Shown here in pieces: positions 46,114 to 54,701 of a DNA stretch of 64,000 bases (position 1 is the stretch's first letter; each line of letters opens with the position of its first letter). This DNA comes from an uncultured Planctomycetales bacterium (GTDB lineage Bacteria; Omnitrophota; Gorgyraeia; Zapsychrales; JAHFFX01). The notes below the pieces were generated by a model. It was given only the letters and a program-made list of their open reading frames with translations. It ran no database searches and had not been told where the DNA came from. The translations under genes and the position numbers were made by a program. Location: the NCBI GenBank assembly GCA_964612665.1, contig CAZTCI010000003.1, positions 272,273-336,272 on the forward strand. Direction: 5' to 3'.

Positions 46114-46231
46114 AATGAATAACCTCGCAGCAAGCTGACGAGGTATCAACACCCCGCAAAAAACGCGGGGTTAATTCGGCCTTCTACCCCGCCCGAAAGC
46201 TTTTAAGGCGGGGTAATGTCCTCATTAAAGA

Positions 46232-46849
46232 TTATCTTTCAAATTTAACAACATTCTGCCACCACAAACTCGTATCCCATTTTTGCATTGATTGCCAAAG
46301 ATTTCGAGCGGTTTTTGTTTTGAGATGCGTGGGGGCGACTTTAAAAAACTTTTTAGCGCCGGGATATCCTTGTTCCACATATTCTTTGGCTTGAATGAGA
46401 CATTCTAAGATATCGGCGTCGCGGGCGACGATTCCTTCGGGGGTGAGCTGTTTTTCGTATTCACTGCGGAATTTATCTAATTCGGTTTTAACCTTTTGGT
46501 GAAGAGTCGCCAGTTGATCTTTAAAAACCTTGCGTTCAGCTTCTTTAAAATCAATATAGTAATGTCCCATTTTGTGCAAATCATTAATCCGCGATTCGTG
46601 GATATCGTTAAAAAGCGTCATCACTAAGACTTTGTAAGGATCAACTTTCTCGACGTGCGCGATGTAATAACCAATGACCGCGCAGCGAAAGCAATGCTCG
46701 GCGACGCTTTCGGGATTGGCAATGCCGGCGACCCACCAGCCGCTGCGTTTGATTTTTTTGAGCAGTCCGGCCTCGGCGAAATAATTTAAGGCCGCTTCGT
46801 TGGGTTTAATCGGTTTTGATTCTTTCATTTTGCTGACGGATGATTTCAT
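46232..46849 (-). CDS. HD-domain phosphohydrolase (YfbR-like).
   Basis: HD motifs AEHCFRCAV...NDIHESRINDL. The ORF-track start is TTG, so I used the first ATG (MKSSV). It overlaps the rlmB-like gene. Confidence 0.65.
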   Translation of the reverse strand: MKSSVSKMKESKPIKPNEAALNYFAEAGLLKKIKRSGWWVAGIANPESVAEHCFRCAVIGYYIAHVEKVDPYKVLVMTLFNDIHESRINDLHKMGHYYIDFKEAERKVFKDQLATLHQKVKTELDKFRSEYEKQLTPEGIVARDADILECLIQAKEYVEQGYPGAKKFFKVAPTHLKTKTARNLWQSMQKWDTSLWWQNVVKFER

Positions 46850-47540
46850 AGGCAAATACGGCGGCGGCGTGCGCGACGTTAAAAGACATGCGGTCAGCCG
46901 CCATCGGAATTGTTAATTCAATGTCTAAATGTTTCCGAATAACATCGCGGATCCCTTTTTGTTCGGAACCGATAACGAGCCCCAAAGGAAAGGGGAGTTT
47001 CGTTTCCCATAAAGTTTGTCCGCCTTTCACAACCGTACCCGCGACCCAGAAGCCGGCTTCTTTCGCTTTAACAATCGCGTTATTTAAATTTTGAATCTTG
47101 GCGACTTTAATATAATTGTCGCCGCCGGATGCTACGCGCAACACCGTTTCGGTAATGTCGACGGAATCATGTTTCGGTAAGACCAAAGAAAAATTTCCCA
47201 AACACGCAAAACTGCGTATGATCGCGCCCAAATTTTGCGGATCGTTCAAACTATCCAAAAAAACCAGAACCCGTTTTTTTTCAACCGCATTTTCAAGAAG
47301 CGTATCAAATTCAACGTAAGGAAAATCTTCCACCTCAACTAAAACGCCTTGCGTGTTATGCGTTTGTCCCATCTTTAACATCTTGGAACGCGGGACGGAA
47401 AAAACGGGGATATTCCACTTCTTGGCCTTCTTACGAATATACGCCGCTTCGACGTGGCCTTCTTCAATAAAAATTTTGTGGATGCTTTTGGGATTGGTTT
47501 TGAGCCGTTCAAGAACGGGATTTTTGCCGTAGAGTTTCAT
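46806..47540 (-). CDS. rlmB: SpoU/TrmH-family 23S rRNA 2'-O-methyltransferase (RlmB-like).
   Basis: 244 aa. LYGKNPVLERL N-terminal substrate-binding domain and the SPOUT C-terminus (GLVIGSEQKGI). Confidence 0.8.
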   Translation of the reverse strand: MKLYGKNPVLERLKTNPKSIHKIFIEEGHVEAAYIRKKAKKWNIPVFSVPRSKMLKMGQTHNTQGVLVEVEDFPYVEFDTLLENAVEKKRVLVFLDSLNDPQNLGAIIRSFACLGNFSLVLPKHDSVDITETVLRVASGGDNYIKVAKIQNLNNAIVKAKEAGFWVAGTVVKGGQTLWETKLPFPLGLVIGSEQKGIRDVIRKHLDIELTIPMAADRMSFNVAHAAAVFAYEIIRQQNERIKTD

Positions 47541-47559
47541 TTATTCTTCGTAGATTGAG

Positions 47560-47640
47560 ATTGGGCACAAGTGCACAAGGCACAATTAGGGGTTATCGGT
47601 ACCTGGTGCGGTTGTACCAGGCGTTTCTTGGTGTATTTTA
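47560..47640. repeat. GGCACAAGTGCA-type repeat, copy 1.
   Basis: GGGCACAAGTGCACAAGGCACAA...GGTACCTGGTGCGGTTGTACC parallels 60480-60570. Confidence 0.7.
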
Positions 47641-47861
47641 TCCTCGCGCTGTTTTACTTCGCGGTCATACTTATCTTCTAATTCCTTGCGCTGGGTTTGA
47701 TATTCGGAATACGAAATCTTTTTGTGTAAATACTGGCTTTCCAATGCATCCATGGATTCTTGATACTGCGCGAAGTGCGGATCTTTCATAATGTTTTCCA
47801 TATCATAGCTGCAGCCGGTAAAACCAATTAACAATAAACACGCCAAGATTCTTTTCATCAT
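47586..47861 (-). CDS. Small lipoprotein (hypothetical).
   Basis: 91 aa. MMKRILACLLLIGFTGC lipobox. The C-terminal codons overlap a GCACAAG-type repeat. Confidence 0.5.
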   Translation of the reverse strand: MMKRILACLLLIGFTGCSYDMENIMKDPHFAQYQESMDALESQYLHKKISYSEYQTQRKELEDKYDREVKQREDKIHQETPGTTAPGTDNP

Positions 47862-47898
47862 TGATCCTTTCTTGTTTTGAATTTTATCCTAGGCTTTG

Positions 47899-48016
47899 AA
47901 AAACTTATTTGAACGCGAATTTACGCGAATGACACACGAATGGTCGCGAATTTGTCGTCGGTAATTCGCGTTGATTCGAGTGTCATTCGCGTAAATTCGC
48001 GTTCAAATAAGTTTTT
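47899..48016. repeat. 118-bp palindromic element with perfect 37-bp arms and a loop that is itself palindromic.
   Basis: AAAAACTTATTTGAACGCGAATTTACGCGAATGACAC ... GTGTCATTCGCGTAAATTCGCGTTCAAATAAGTTTTT. Confidence 0.85.
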
Positions 48017-48023
48017 CAAGCTC

Positions 48024-48767
48024 TCATTTCCGAATACCCAACCCCAAAAAAATGAGCGGCCGAAGAATGCTCCACCAGCCGATTAACGGTTTCATTTTCG
48101 TGTAGCCTAATTTTTTCGGCGGATAGATTTTAGTCACCGGCGCTTCGGTGACTTTAAATTTTAATTTGATCGCTTTAAACAATAAATACGGTTCGAGTTC
48201 ATACGCGTCGAGCCAGGATTGGTCGATATTAATCCGTTTGTCATTAAAGATAGACAATTTAAAAGCGCGAAAGCCGTTGGTCGAATCGGTTATTTTCTTG
48301 CACGTCAAGACTGAAAGGATCCAAGGGTGAAGACGGGTCGCCACTTTACGGTACAACGGCATATCGCCGCCGGTTCCATTTTGACCCAAGTAACGCGAAC
48401 CTTGAACGAAATCAAAACCTTCTTTTAGAATCGGATTCAAAAGACGTGGAATTTCATCTGGATTATCTTTGTCGTTGCCGGCCATGATAATTAAGACGTC
48501 ATAATCATTGTTTAAAGCATGTTTGATCGCCGTGCGGATCGCGCAACCGACCCCGCGGCGGGCCGAGTGCTTAATTGTTTCGACACCTTGAGATTTAAAA
48601 CTTTGAATCATCTCAGTTGTGCCGTCGGTGGATCCATCGTCAACGACTAAATAATCAAGCCCGTAAGTTTGGCAAACGGTGCTGCGGCTTTTCAAAAAGC
48701 GTTCAATAACATTTTTTAATTTGACATGCTCGTTAAAGGCAACCGGGGAAACTAAAATTTTGGGCAT
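48024..48767 (-). CDS. GT2 polyprenyl-phosphate glycosyltransferase (DPM1-like).
   Basis: 247 aa. LVVDDGSTDGT...IMAGNDKDNPDE...QGSRY matches dolichyl/polyprenyl-phosphate mannosyl/glucosyltransferase-type GT2 enzymes. Confidence 0.75.
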   Translation of the reverse strand: MPKILVSPVAFNEHVKLKNVIERFLKSRSTVCQTYGLDYLVVDDGSTDGTTEMIQSFKSQGVETIKHSARRGVGCAIRTAIKHALNNDYDVLIIMAGNDKDNPDEIPRLLNPILKEGFDFVQGSRYLGQNGTGGDMPLYRKVATRLHPWILSVLTCKKITDSTNGFRAFKLSIFNDKRINIDQSWLDAYELEPYLLFKAIKLKFKVTEAPVTKIYPPKKLGYTKMKPLIGWWSILRPLIFLGLGIRK

Positions 48768-48885
48768 TACGATGATTGGATTGTTGATGATTGAGTTGCG
48801 CCGGGCGGCCCCGGCGGCGACCGAAGGCGTTTTCCGGGGCCGCCCACTTCGTCGCTCTTCTCATAAATTACGAACAAACGCCGGG

Positions 48886-49923
48886 CTAACTCCGCAAAAC
48901 CGAATATCCCCTCACATCCACCGGCATCCCGCGCTTGCTTATCGATTCTTGAATCGCGCCTAACGTACGCACAACCTCTTCGGCTTTTTGCGCGTCGGAT
49001 TTCTGTGGCGGTGTTCCGTTTAAAATACAGCTCACAAAAAATTGATCCTGAATTTTCAGCGGTTCACTAAACCCTACATGCGGAATCATGATGCTGCCTT
49101 CTTTGGAAAGCAGCTGGAACTCACCATACGTTTCATAAAAAACGGATGTCCGCTCGACGTGTTTATCATAAAGTTTAATCGGCCCCACATTATCCAAGTC
49201 ATCCCAGACAACCATTTTTCTGTCGCCAACAATTGTAATCTGCCGGACTTTCTTGGGATCCAGCCAGCTCACATGCACATTCGCTAAAATATTGCCAGGA
49301 TATTCAAGTGTCGCGAATGCCAAATCTTCCAATGATGCGCCCAAACATTTTTGCCCTCGGGCGGAGACACTGACTGGCGCTTGTTCAAATAAATAATTAA
49401 AAATTGAAATATCATGCGGCGCCAAATCCCACAGCGCGTTCACATCATAACGAAACGGTCCCAAATTGGTGCGTTCACTGTGCGCATAATAAATTCGTCC
49501 CAATTCTCCGGACTGAATATATTCTTTTAGCTTCACAATGCCGGCGTTAAAAACAAAAACATGCCCGACCATTAGAATCTTCTTTTTAGATTCAGCTAAT
49601 TTCCCAAGAGTAGCGCATTCTTCGGGCAATAACGCTAAAGGTTTTTCACATAAAACATGTTTATCATGTTCCAGTGCTTCTTTGGCCAAAGCAAAGTGCG
49701 TATTCGTCGGAGAAGCGATACAAACAGCTGAAATTTCTGGGCTGAAAAGAATTTCTTTATAATTTTTGGTGGTTTGAACGGAAGGAAAAAGTGATTTGAT
49801 GGCTTTTAAACGTTCTTCATTTAAATCCGCGGCCATTAAAACATTCGAATTGGCAAGCTGGGAAAAAACACGGATATGATTGGGACCCCAATGTCCGCAA
49901 CCTATAACGCCGATGGTGACCAA
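48886..49923 (-). CDS. Gfo/Idh/MocA-family NAD(P)-dependent oxidoreductase.
   Basis: IGVIGCGHWGPNH Rossmann N-terminus and a C-terminal alpha/beta domain. Confidence 0.8.
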   Translation of the reverse strand: MVTIGVIGCGHWGPNHIRVFSQLANSNVLMAADLNEERLKAIKSLFPSVQTTKNYKEILFSPEISAVCIASPTNTHFALAKEALEHDKHVLCEKPLALLPEECATLGKLAESKKKILMVGHVFVFNAGIVKLKEYIQSGELGRIYYAHSERTNLGPFRYDVNALWDLAPHDISIFNYLFEQAPVSVSARGQKCLGASLEDLAFATLEYPGNILANVHVSWLDPKKVRQITIVGDRKMVVWDDLDNVGPIKLYDKHVERTSVFYETYGEFQLLSKEGSIMIPHVGFSEPLKIQDQFFVSCILNGTPPQKSDAQKAEEVVRTLGAIQESISKRGMPVDVRGYSVLRS

Positions 49924-50046
49924 GTGTAAAATCCTTTTGTAAAAATAAAGTTATAAGAAAAACAACGGTATTATACTTACGAATCCTTGAACAAAAAAGC
50001 TTTTCTTTAGAAAACTCTGTTGAATTAAACAGTTGCTGTTAGTACA

Positions 50047-50553
50047 ATGGCGCTCATGAGTTCCTGGGAAAAATTATTTCAATGGCTCAAACTCCTGTTT
50101 ATCCTAGCCCTCGGGATTGTTACCGGCGTTAACCTTTCCCATTCCATCAAAACCATCATTGAAACCAAAAATAAACGCGATGCTCATCCGTTCGTCTTTA
50201 TTGGCGATAAATTCTTAGGTCTAGATAAAGTCTTACGCAACATGAAATATGTTGGTTACTATACCGACAAGGATCTGGATGTTAACCAAAACGCGGCGGA
50301 GTTTGCTCAAGCCCAATATGTGCTGGCGCCGACGATCTTAGATCTCAATAATACGAATCATCCTTACATCATTTTCAATTGTTCAACGCCTGAGGCGGCC
50401 ATTACTAAAATTAAAGAAATTAAAGCGATTCCTCTTAAAAGAAAACTAGACTTAATTTTAGCGAAACGGCCGATGACGCCAAACGCGCCTTTATCTTCCA
50501 TCAGCGGTGAAGAACTTAACAATATTTCCAATTCCTTAATATCTCAACCATGA
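50047..50553 (+). CDS. Hypothetical membrane-anchored protein.
   Basis: 168 aa with one N-terminal transmembrane helix. It is one of only two plus-strand genes in the window. The true start may be the second ATG at 50056 (see findings). Confidence 0.45.
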   Translation: MALMSSWEKLFQWLKLLFILALGIVTGVNLSHSIKTIIETKNKRDAHPFVFIGDKFLGLDKVLRNMKYVGYYTDKDLDVNQNAAEFAQAQYVLAPTILDLNNTNHPYIIFNCSTPEAAITKIKEIKAIPLKRKLDLILAKRPMTPNAPLSSISGEELNNISNSLISQP

Positions 50554-51959
50554 ACTATTGGTTCGCCATCCTTATTTCTTACCTTGCCGGGCACTTCTAT
50601 TTCCGCCGGGTATTTCTAAACAAACCAAAAGCGGATCCATTCCTCGAATTTTTTCTAGCCTTAGGCCTCGGGTTGGGATTCAGCAGTCAGATTGGATTTT
50701 ACAGTTTGTTGTTCCTAAATCAATTTCACAAAATTGTTGTGATTGGCGCGCATTTGATTTTAGTTGTGGGATTGTTGTGGTCGTTAATGGCGTACAAAAA
50801 ACGAAAACCGCTCTGGTCTCTCGACGAACTTTTATCTCCAAACGCTTTTTATTTTTTAATTTTAGCGCTGGTTTTGGTGCCGGTTGTGTTCCAAGTATCT
50901 TTTTTCCCGATGGGCGGATGGGACGCGTGGTCGGCGTGGAATTTAAAAGCCCGTTTCATCGCGGCCGGCGGCGAAAATTGGCGGAATCTTTTAGACCCAA
51001 TTTTATGGCGGTCAAGCCCACACTATCCATTATTTTTGCCGCTCATTAATGCATGGGGCTGGAGCTTCGATAAAACAACCGAACCGATTGGTCCGCTTTT
51101 CACGTCATTACTTTTTACTTTCTTAACGACGGGATTACTGCTAAGCGCTTTGCTGTCGACTCCAAAGGTGCCCGCATCGGCAGCCGATAAAGGAATTCCA
51201 CTGACCACTTTTATTTCAATACAAAATGTTCTAGCCTTAACATTGGTGCTGGCCATGCTAAGCCTTCCCTTCTTTACCGTGTTGGCTGGCAGTCAATATT
51301 GCGATTTGGTCATGGGATTTTATTTAACAGCGGGATTGGTTTGCCTCATCAAAACGAAAGAGGAAAATTTATCGGCGTATGGACATTTGGCGGGATTATT
51401 TTTAGGATTATTAAGTTTCACAAAAAGTGAAGGTCAAATCGCCTGCGGTCTTATGATGATGTTAAGTATTTTTTATTTTCTTGGAAAACCCGGCCGGCGA
51501 TGGATTCAGAATTGGAAATTGTTAATACCTTGTTTTACCGGCTTTGTAGTTGGCGTACTGCCGACAATCCTATTCCAATTCATGCTGGCGCCGGGGAATC
51601 AAACTTTCGTAAATGGTTTCTTATCGACGGAAAAACCGGCAACACTCTTGCGGCTTAAAATGATCGGCGCTTTTTTCTTAATTGAATTGATCAGTGAAAA
51701 ATGGAACGGGCTGTGGGTCCTCTTAGCGATTGGTTTGTTAATTAGCCGCTTTCGCTGTTTTAGCCGGAATTTACTTGTTATTCCTTGTTTTATATTGTTT
51801 TATCTTTTGATCGTGGGCTTTTATTATTATCTGAACACTTATTTTGACATCCGCTGGTGGCTGCAGGTATCGCTTAACCGGATTCTGTTTGCGCTTTTGC
51901 CGGTGGTTGTGTTGTGGGTGGGATGGGGGTTGGCTGAAGAAAAATTTGTGCAGAAATAG
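50550..51959 (+). CDS. Polytopic integral membrane protein (possible GT-C-type glycosyltransferase or polymerase-like).
   Basis: 469 aa with at least 11 hydrophobic helices. There are 4-bp overlaps with the upstream gene. Family assignment is uncertain. Confidence 0.5.
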   Translation: MNYWFAILISYLAGHFYFRRVFLNKPKADPFLEFFLALGLGLGFSSQIGFYSLLFLNQFHKIVVIGAHLILVVGLLWSLMAYKKRKPLWSLDELLSPNAFYFLILALVLVPVVFQVSFFPMGGWDAWSAWNLKARFIAAGGENWRNLLDPILWRSSPHYPLFLPLINAWGWSFDKTTEPIGPLFTSLLFTFLTTGLLLSALLSTPKVPASAADKGIPLTTFISIQNVLALTLVLAMLSLPFFTVLAGSQYCDLVMGFYLTAGLVCLIKTKEENLSAYGHLAGLFLGLLSFTKSEGQIACGLMMMLSIFYFLGKPGRRWIQNWKLLIPCFTGFVVGVLPTILFQFMLAPGNQTFVNGFLSTEKPATLLRLKMIGAFFLIELISEKWNGLWVLLAIGLLISRFRCFSRNLLVIPCFILFYLLIVGFYYYLNTYFDIRWWLQVSLNRILFALLPVVVLWVGWGLAEEKFVQK

Positions 51960-51962
51960 CGA

Positions 51963-52010
51963 AGGGCGGCCCCGCGTTTTTTTCGGACAGGGCCGCCCTC
52001 GTTTTATTTC
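51963..52010 (+). terminator. Intrinsic terminator between convergent genes.
   Basis: AGGGCGGCCC...GGGCCGCCCT hairpin followed by CGTTTTATTT. Confidence 0.65.
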
Positions 52011-52021
52011 AAGAACCAAAC

Positions 52022-52495
52022 TTAAGGACGTTCAATTTTAAGAATCTTATACTTCAAATCTCCCGCCGGAACTCTAATCGTCACCGTCTCTCCCGCCCCT
52101 TTGCCCATAAGTCCTTTGCCTATCGGCGAGAAAATCGAGATTTTATTTTCTTCGTAATTGGATTCTTCCGGAGAGACGAGCATATACTGAATTTTTTCAT
52201 CGGCCTCTAAATCTTTTAACGTAACCAGCGCGCCGATATAAATTTTATCGGACGGAATATTTTCGTTTTCAATAATACGCACTTGGGCAAGTTTGGCTTC
52301 TAAATCGGAGATCCTCGCTTCATTATGCGCCTGGGCGTCTTTGGCCGCGTCGTATTCGGCGTTTTCGGAAATATCACCTTGCAGACGGGCTTCGCCGATG
52401 GCCTTCGCAATACGACGGCGCTCAACGGTCTTAAGCTTTTCTAATTCTTCTCTTAATTTTTCGAAACCACCCCTGGTCAAATAAACTTCCGCCAT
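52022..52495 (-). CDS. greA: Transcription elongation factor GreA.
   Basis: 157 aa. N-terminal coiled coil (LTRGGFEKLREELEKL) and an FKBP-like C-terminus. Confidence 0.9.
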   Translation of the reverse strand: MAEVYLTRGGFEKLREELEKLKTVERRRIAKAIGEARLQGDISENAEYDAAKDAQAHNEARISDLEAKLAQVRIIENENIPSDKIYIGALVTLKDLEADEKIQYMLVSPEESNYEENKISIFSPIGKGLMGKGAGETVTIRVPAGDLKYKILKIERP

Positions 52496-52619
52496 GGATT
52501 CTCCTTTGTCTCGTCATCCAAGCTGCTATATTGAAAAAATTTATTGGGAATTCTTCGATTCAGACAAACTTCTATCAGCGGGATGTATTCTAAAAGTTTT
52601 ATTTTAGTTTTTCAAGAGT

Positions 52620-54698
52620 TTAATTAACCTCGTGCTTTTCTGTGGGGTCCATAGACGGGATAATTTCTTCAATCTCCTTTAACCTTTCCTGCGCCATATT
52701 CAACATTTTATCATTCTTGTTTTGTTTATAAATAGCGATGGCTTTTATCAAAGCATCCCGTGCTTCTATAAAGCGTTTTACCTTAACTAACGCGTGAGCC
52801 AGATTAAAGTAAGCATCCGCCATATATGGATTAAGTGTAATAGCTTGATGATAATAAGCGATGGCCTCATCATGCTTCCATTTCATGTCCGATAAATTTC
52901 CGAGATCATTATAGGCCTGAATCAGGCGCGGGTTGCATTTAATGGATTTCTTTAAAAGCTGGGTGGCTTCTTGATAATTTTGTTCTTTTAACGCTACATG
53001 GGCCAAACTGTAATAAATCGTGCCATTATCAGGATCTAATTTGCCGGCTTGTAGAAAATGGAACCTGGCCAGTGCCATTTTATTTTGATCTAGATAAAGA
53101 TTCCCTAACGCAATTATCGCTGGGACAAAGGTGGGTTGTTTTTGAATGGCCGTTGTATAAAAGCGTTCAGCCCGGGAAAAATCGGCGCGAAGTTGATAAA
53201 TGTTCCCTAAATTATATAAAGCGCCCGGATAGTTGGGGTCGATGGCCAAGGCTTCCTCATATTCCGTTTTGGCTTCTTCAAACTTCCCTTGGTCTTTAAG
53301 CACGTTGCCTAAATTATTGTGTGGATTGGCGAAATTGGGTTTTAATTCAATGGCCCGTCGGTAAGCGGCCTTGGCGGATTCCAATTTACCGTTATCATAG
53401 TAAGCGATCCCCAAATTATTAAACACACGCGCCTTATACGGCGATTTTTGCGCGACATCTTCCATGAACCCAATACGGTCTTGCCAAACCATGTTGCGTC
53501 GAAAAGTTAAAAAACCATAACCCAGCAGAATAAATCCGATGATAAGAATCTGCGAACGGGGATTATCAATAAAATTATTCAACGTTAAAAATAATCCGGC
53601 TGAAAACCCCACCATCGGCAGGTATAAACGGTGCTCAAAAATGACATCATTAATTGGAAAAATACTCGATTCAAGCGCCAGCGTTATAAACATCCAAAGG
53701 ATGGCGAAGGACAATAAACGGTGTTTTTTAAAAAGTTTAACCATAACAATAAAAATCCCCACAATAACGAGCGCCCCGCAAGCCGTCGATAAGTAAAATG
53801 AATTATGGGCGATGGGGAAATCGTAATCAAAATTTTGATGGATAGGAAGCAACAGAAGCCAACCATAGGTCGACACAACATTGAATTGGGTTAGAAGGTA
53901 TTCAATACGGCTTAAACGTGTCGTTTCATGGGTAATCTCCAAGAAATGTGCTGGATCAAAAGTCTTGTACTTCCATAAAATTAATAGGACCGGCACCACA
54001 AGGACCGTCACAAAAAATGGCCATAACACAACAAACCTTTGAAGCAAAGATTTTTCCGTAATAGGGTTTAAAAAATAGATTTCGTAAAGAAGTAAAGCAA
54101 ACGGCAAAGAAATAATAATAGGCTTAGTAAAAAGTCCAAGAGCAGCTAATCCGATGGCCAAACCATAAAAAATAATTTTGCTAGTATGGCGGTATTGAAT
54201 ATAACTGAGCATGGTTCCTAAATAGAAAAATGTGGCCAAAAGCACGGAACGTTCAGAAACATAAGTTACGGCTTGAGTCTGGATAGGGTGTAACAAAAAG
54301 ACAAGGGCGGCCCCGACCGGAAAAATCGCCGAAGGGCCGCCCATCGCTTTACGCCCGGCTCTCTCCACTCTTACAATCTCCAGCGTCCACCGCCAAAAAA
54401 CATAAACCATCCCGGCATTTAACAAATGGATAATCACATTAACGATGTGATAGCCAAAAACCTTCAGTCCTCCGATGTGATAATTCAAAGCAAAACTTAA
54501 ATGCGTCAAAAAACGCGACGGGTCATAAACCCATAACCAGCTGATATTATGAAGACTTTTAATAACCGGATTCTCAACGATCGTCGCGTAATCGTCGAAT
54601 TGAAAAGGCGCTTTCAAGGCCGGATAATAAACTAAAATAGCCGCGCCGATACCAATGATCAATGTCAACAAAGTTAAAACAAACTTCTTTATGTTCAT
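52620..54698 (-). CDS. TMTC/PMT-like membrane-TPR protein paralogue.
   Basis: 692 aa. PFQFDDYATIVENP loop-1 motif and a TPR-rich C-terminus. Confidence 0.65.
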   Translation of the reverse strand: MNIKKFVLTLLTLIIGIGAAILVYYPALKAPFQFDDYATIVENPVIKSLHNISWLWVYDPSRFLTHLSFALNYHIGGLKVFGYHIVNVIIHLLNAGMVYVFWRWTLEIVRVERAGRKAMGGPSAIFPVGAALVFLLHPIQTQAVTYVSERSVLLATFFYLGTMLSYIQYRHTSKIIFYGLAIGLAALGLFTKPIIISLPFALLLYEIYFLNPITEKSLLQRFVVLWPFFVTVLVVPVLLILWKYKTFDPAHFLEITHETTRLSRIEYLLTQFNVVSTYGWLLLLPIHQNFDYDFPIAHNSFYLSTACGALVIVGIFIVMVKLFKKHRLLSFAILWMFITLALESSIFPINDVIFEHRLYLPMVGFSAGLFLTLNNFIDNPRSQILIIGFILLGYGFLTFRRNMVWQDRIGFMEDVAQKSPYKARVFNNLGIAYYDNGKLESAKAAYRRAIELKPNFANPHNNLGNVLKDQGKFEEAKTEYEEALAIDPNYPGALYNLGNIYQLRADFSRAERFYTTAIQKQPTFVPAIIALGNLYLDQNKMALARFHFLQAGKLDPDNGTIYYSLAHVALKEQNYQEATQLLKKSIKCNPRLIQAYNDLGNLSDMKWKHDEAIAYYHQAITLNPYMADAYFNLAHALVKVKRFIEARDALIKAIAIYKQNKNDKMLNMAQERLKEIEEIIPSMDPTEKHEVN

Positions 54699-54701
54699 AA
54701 A

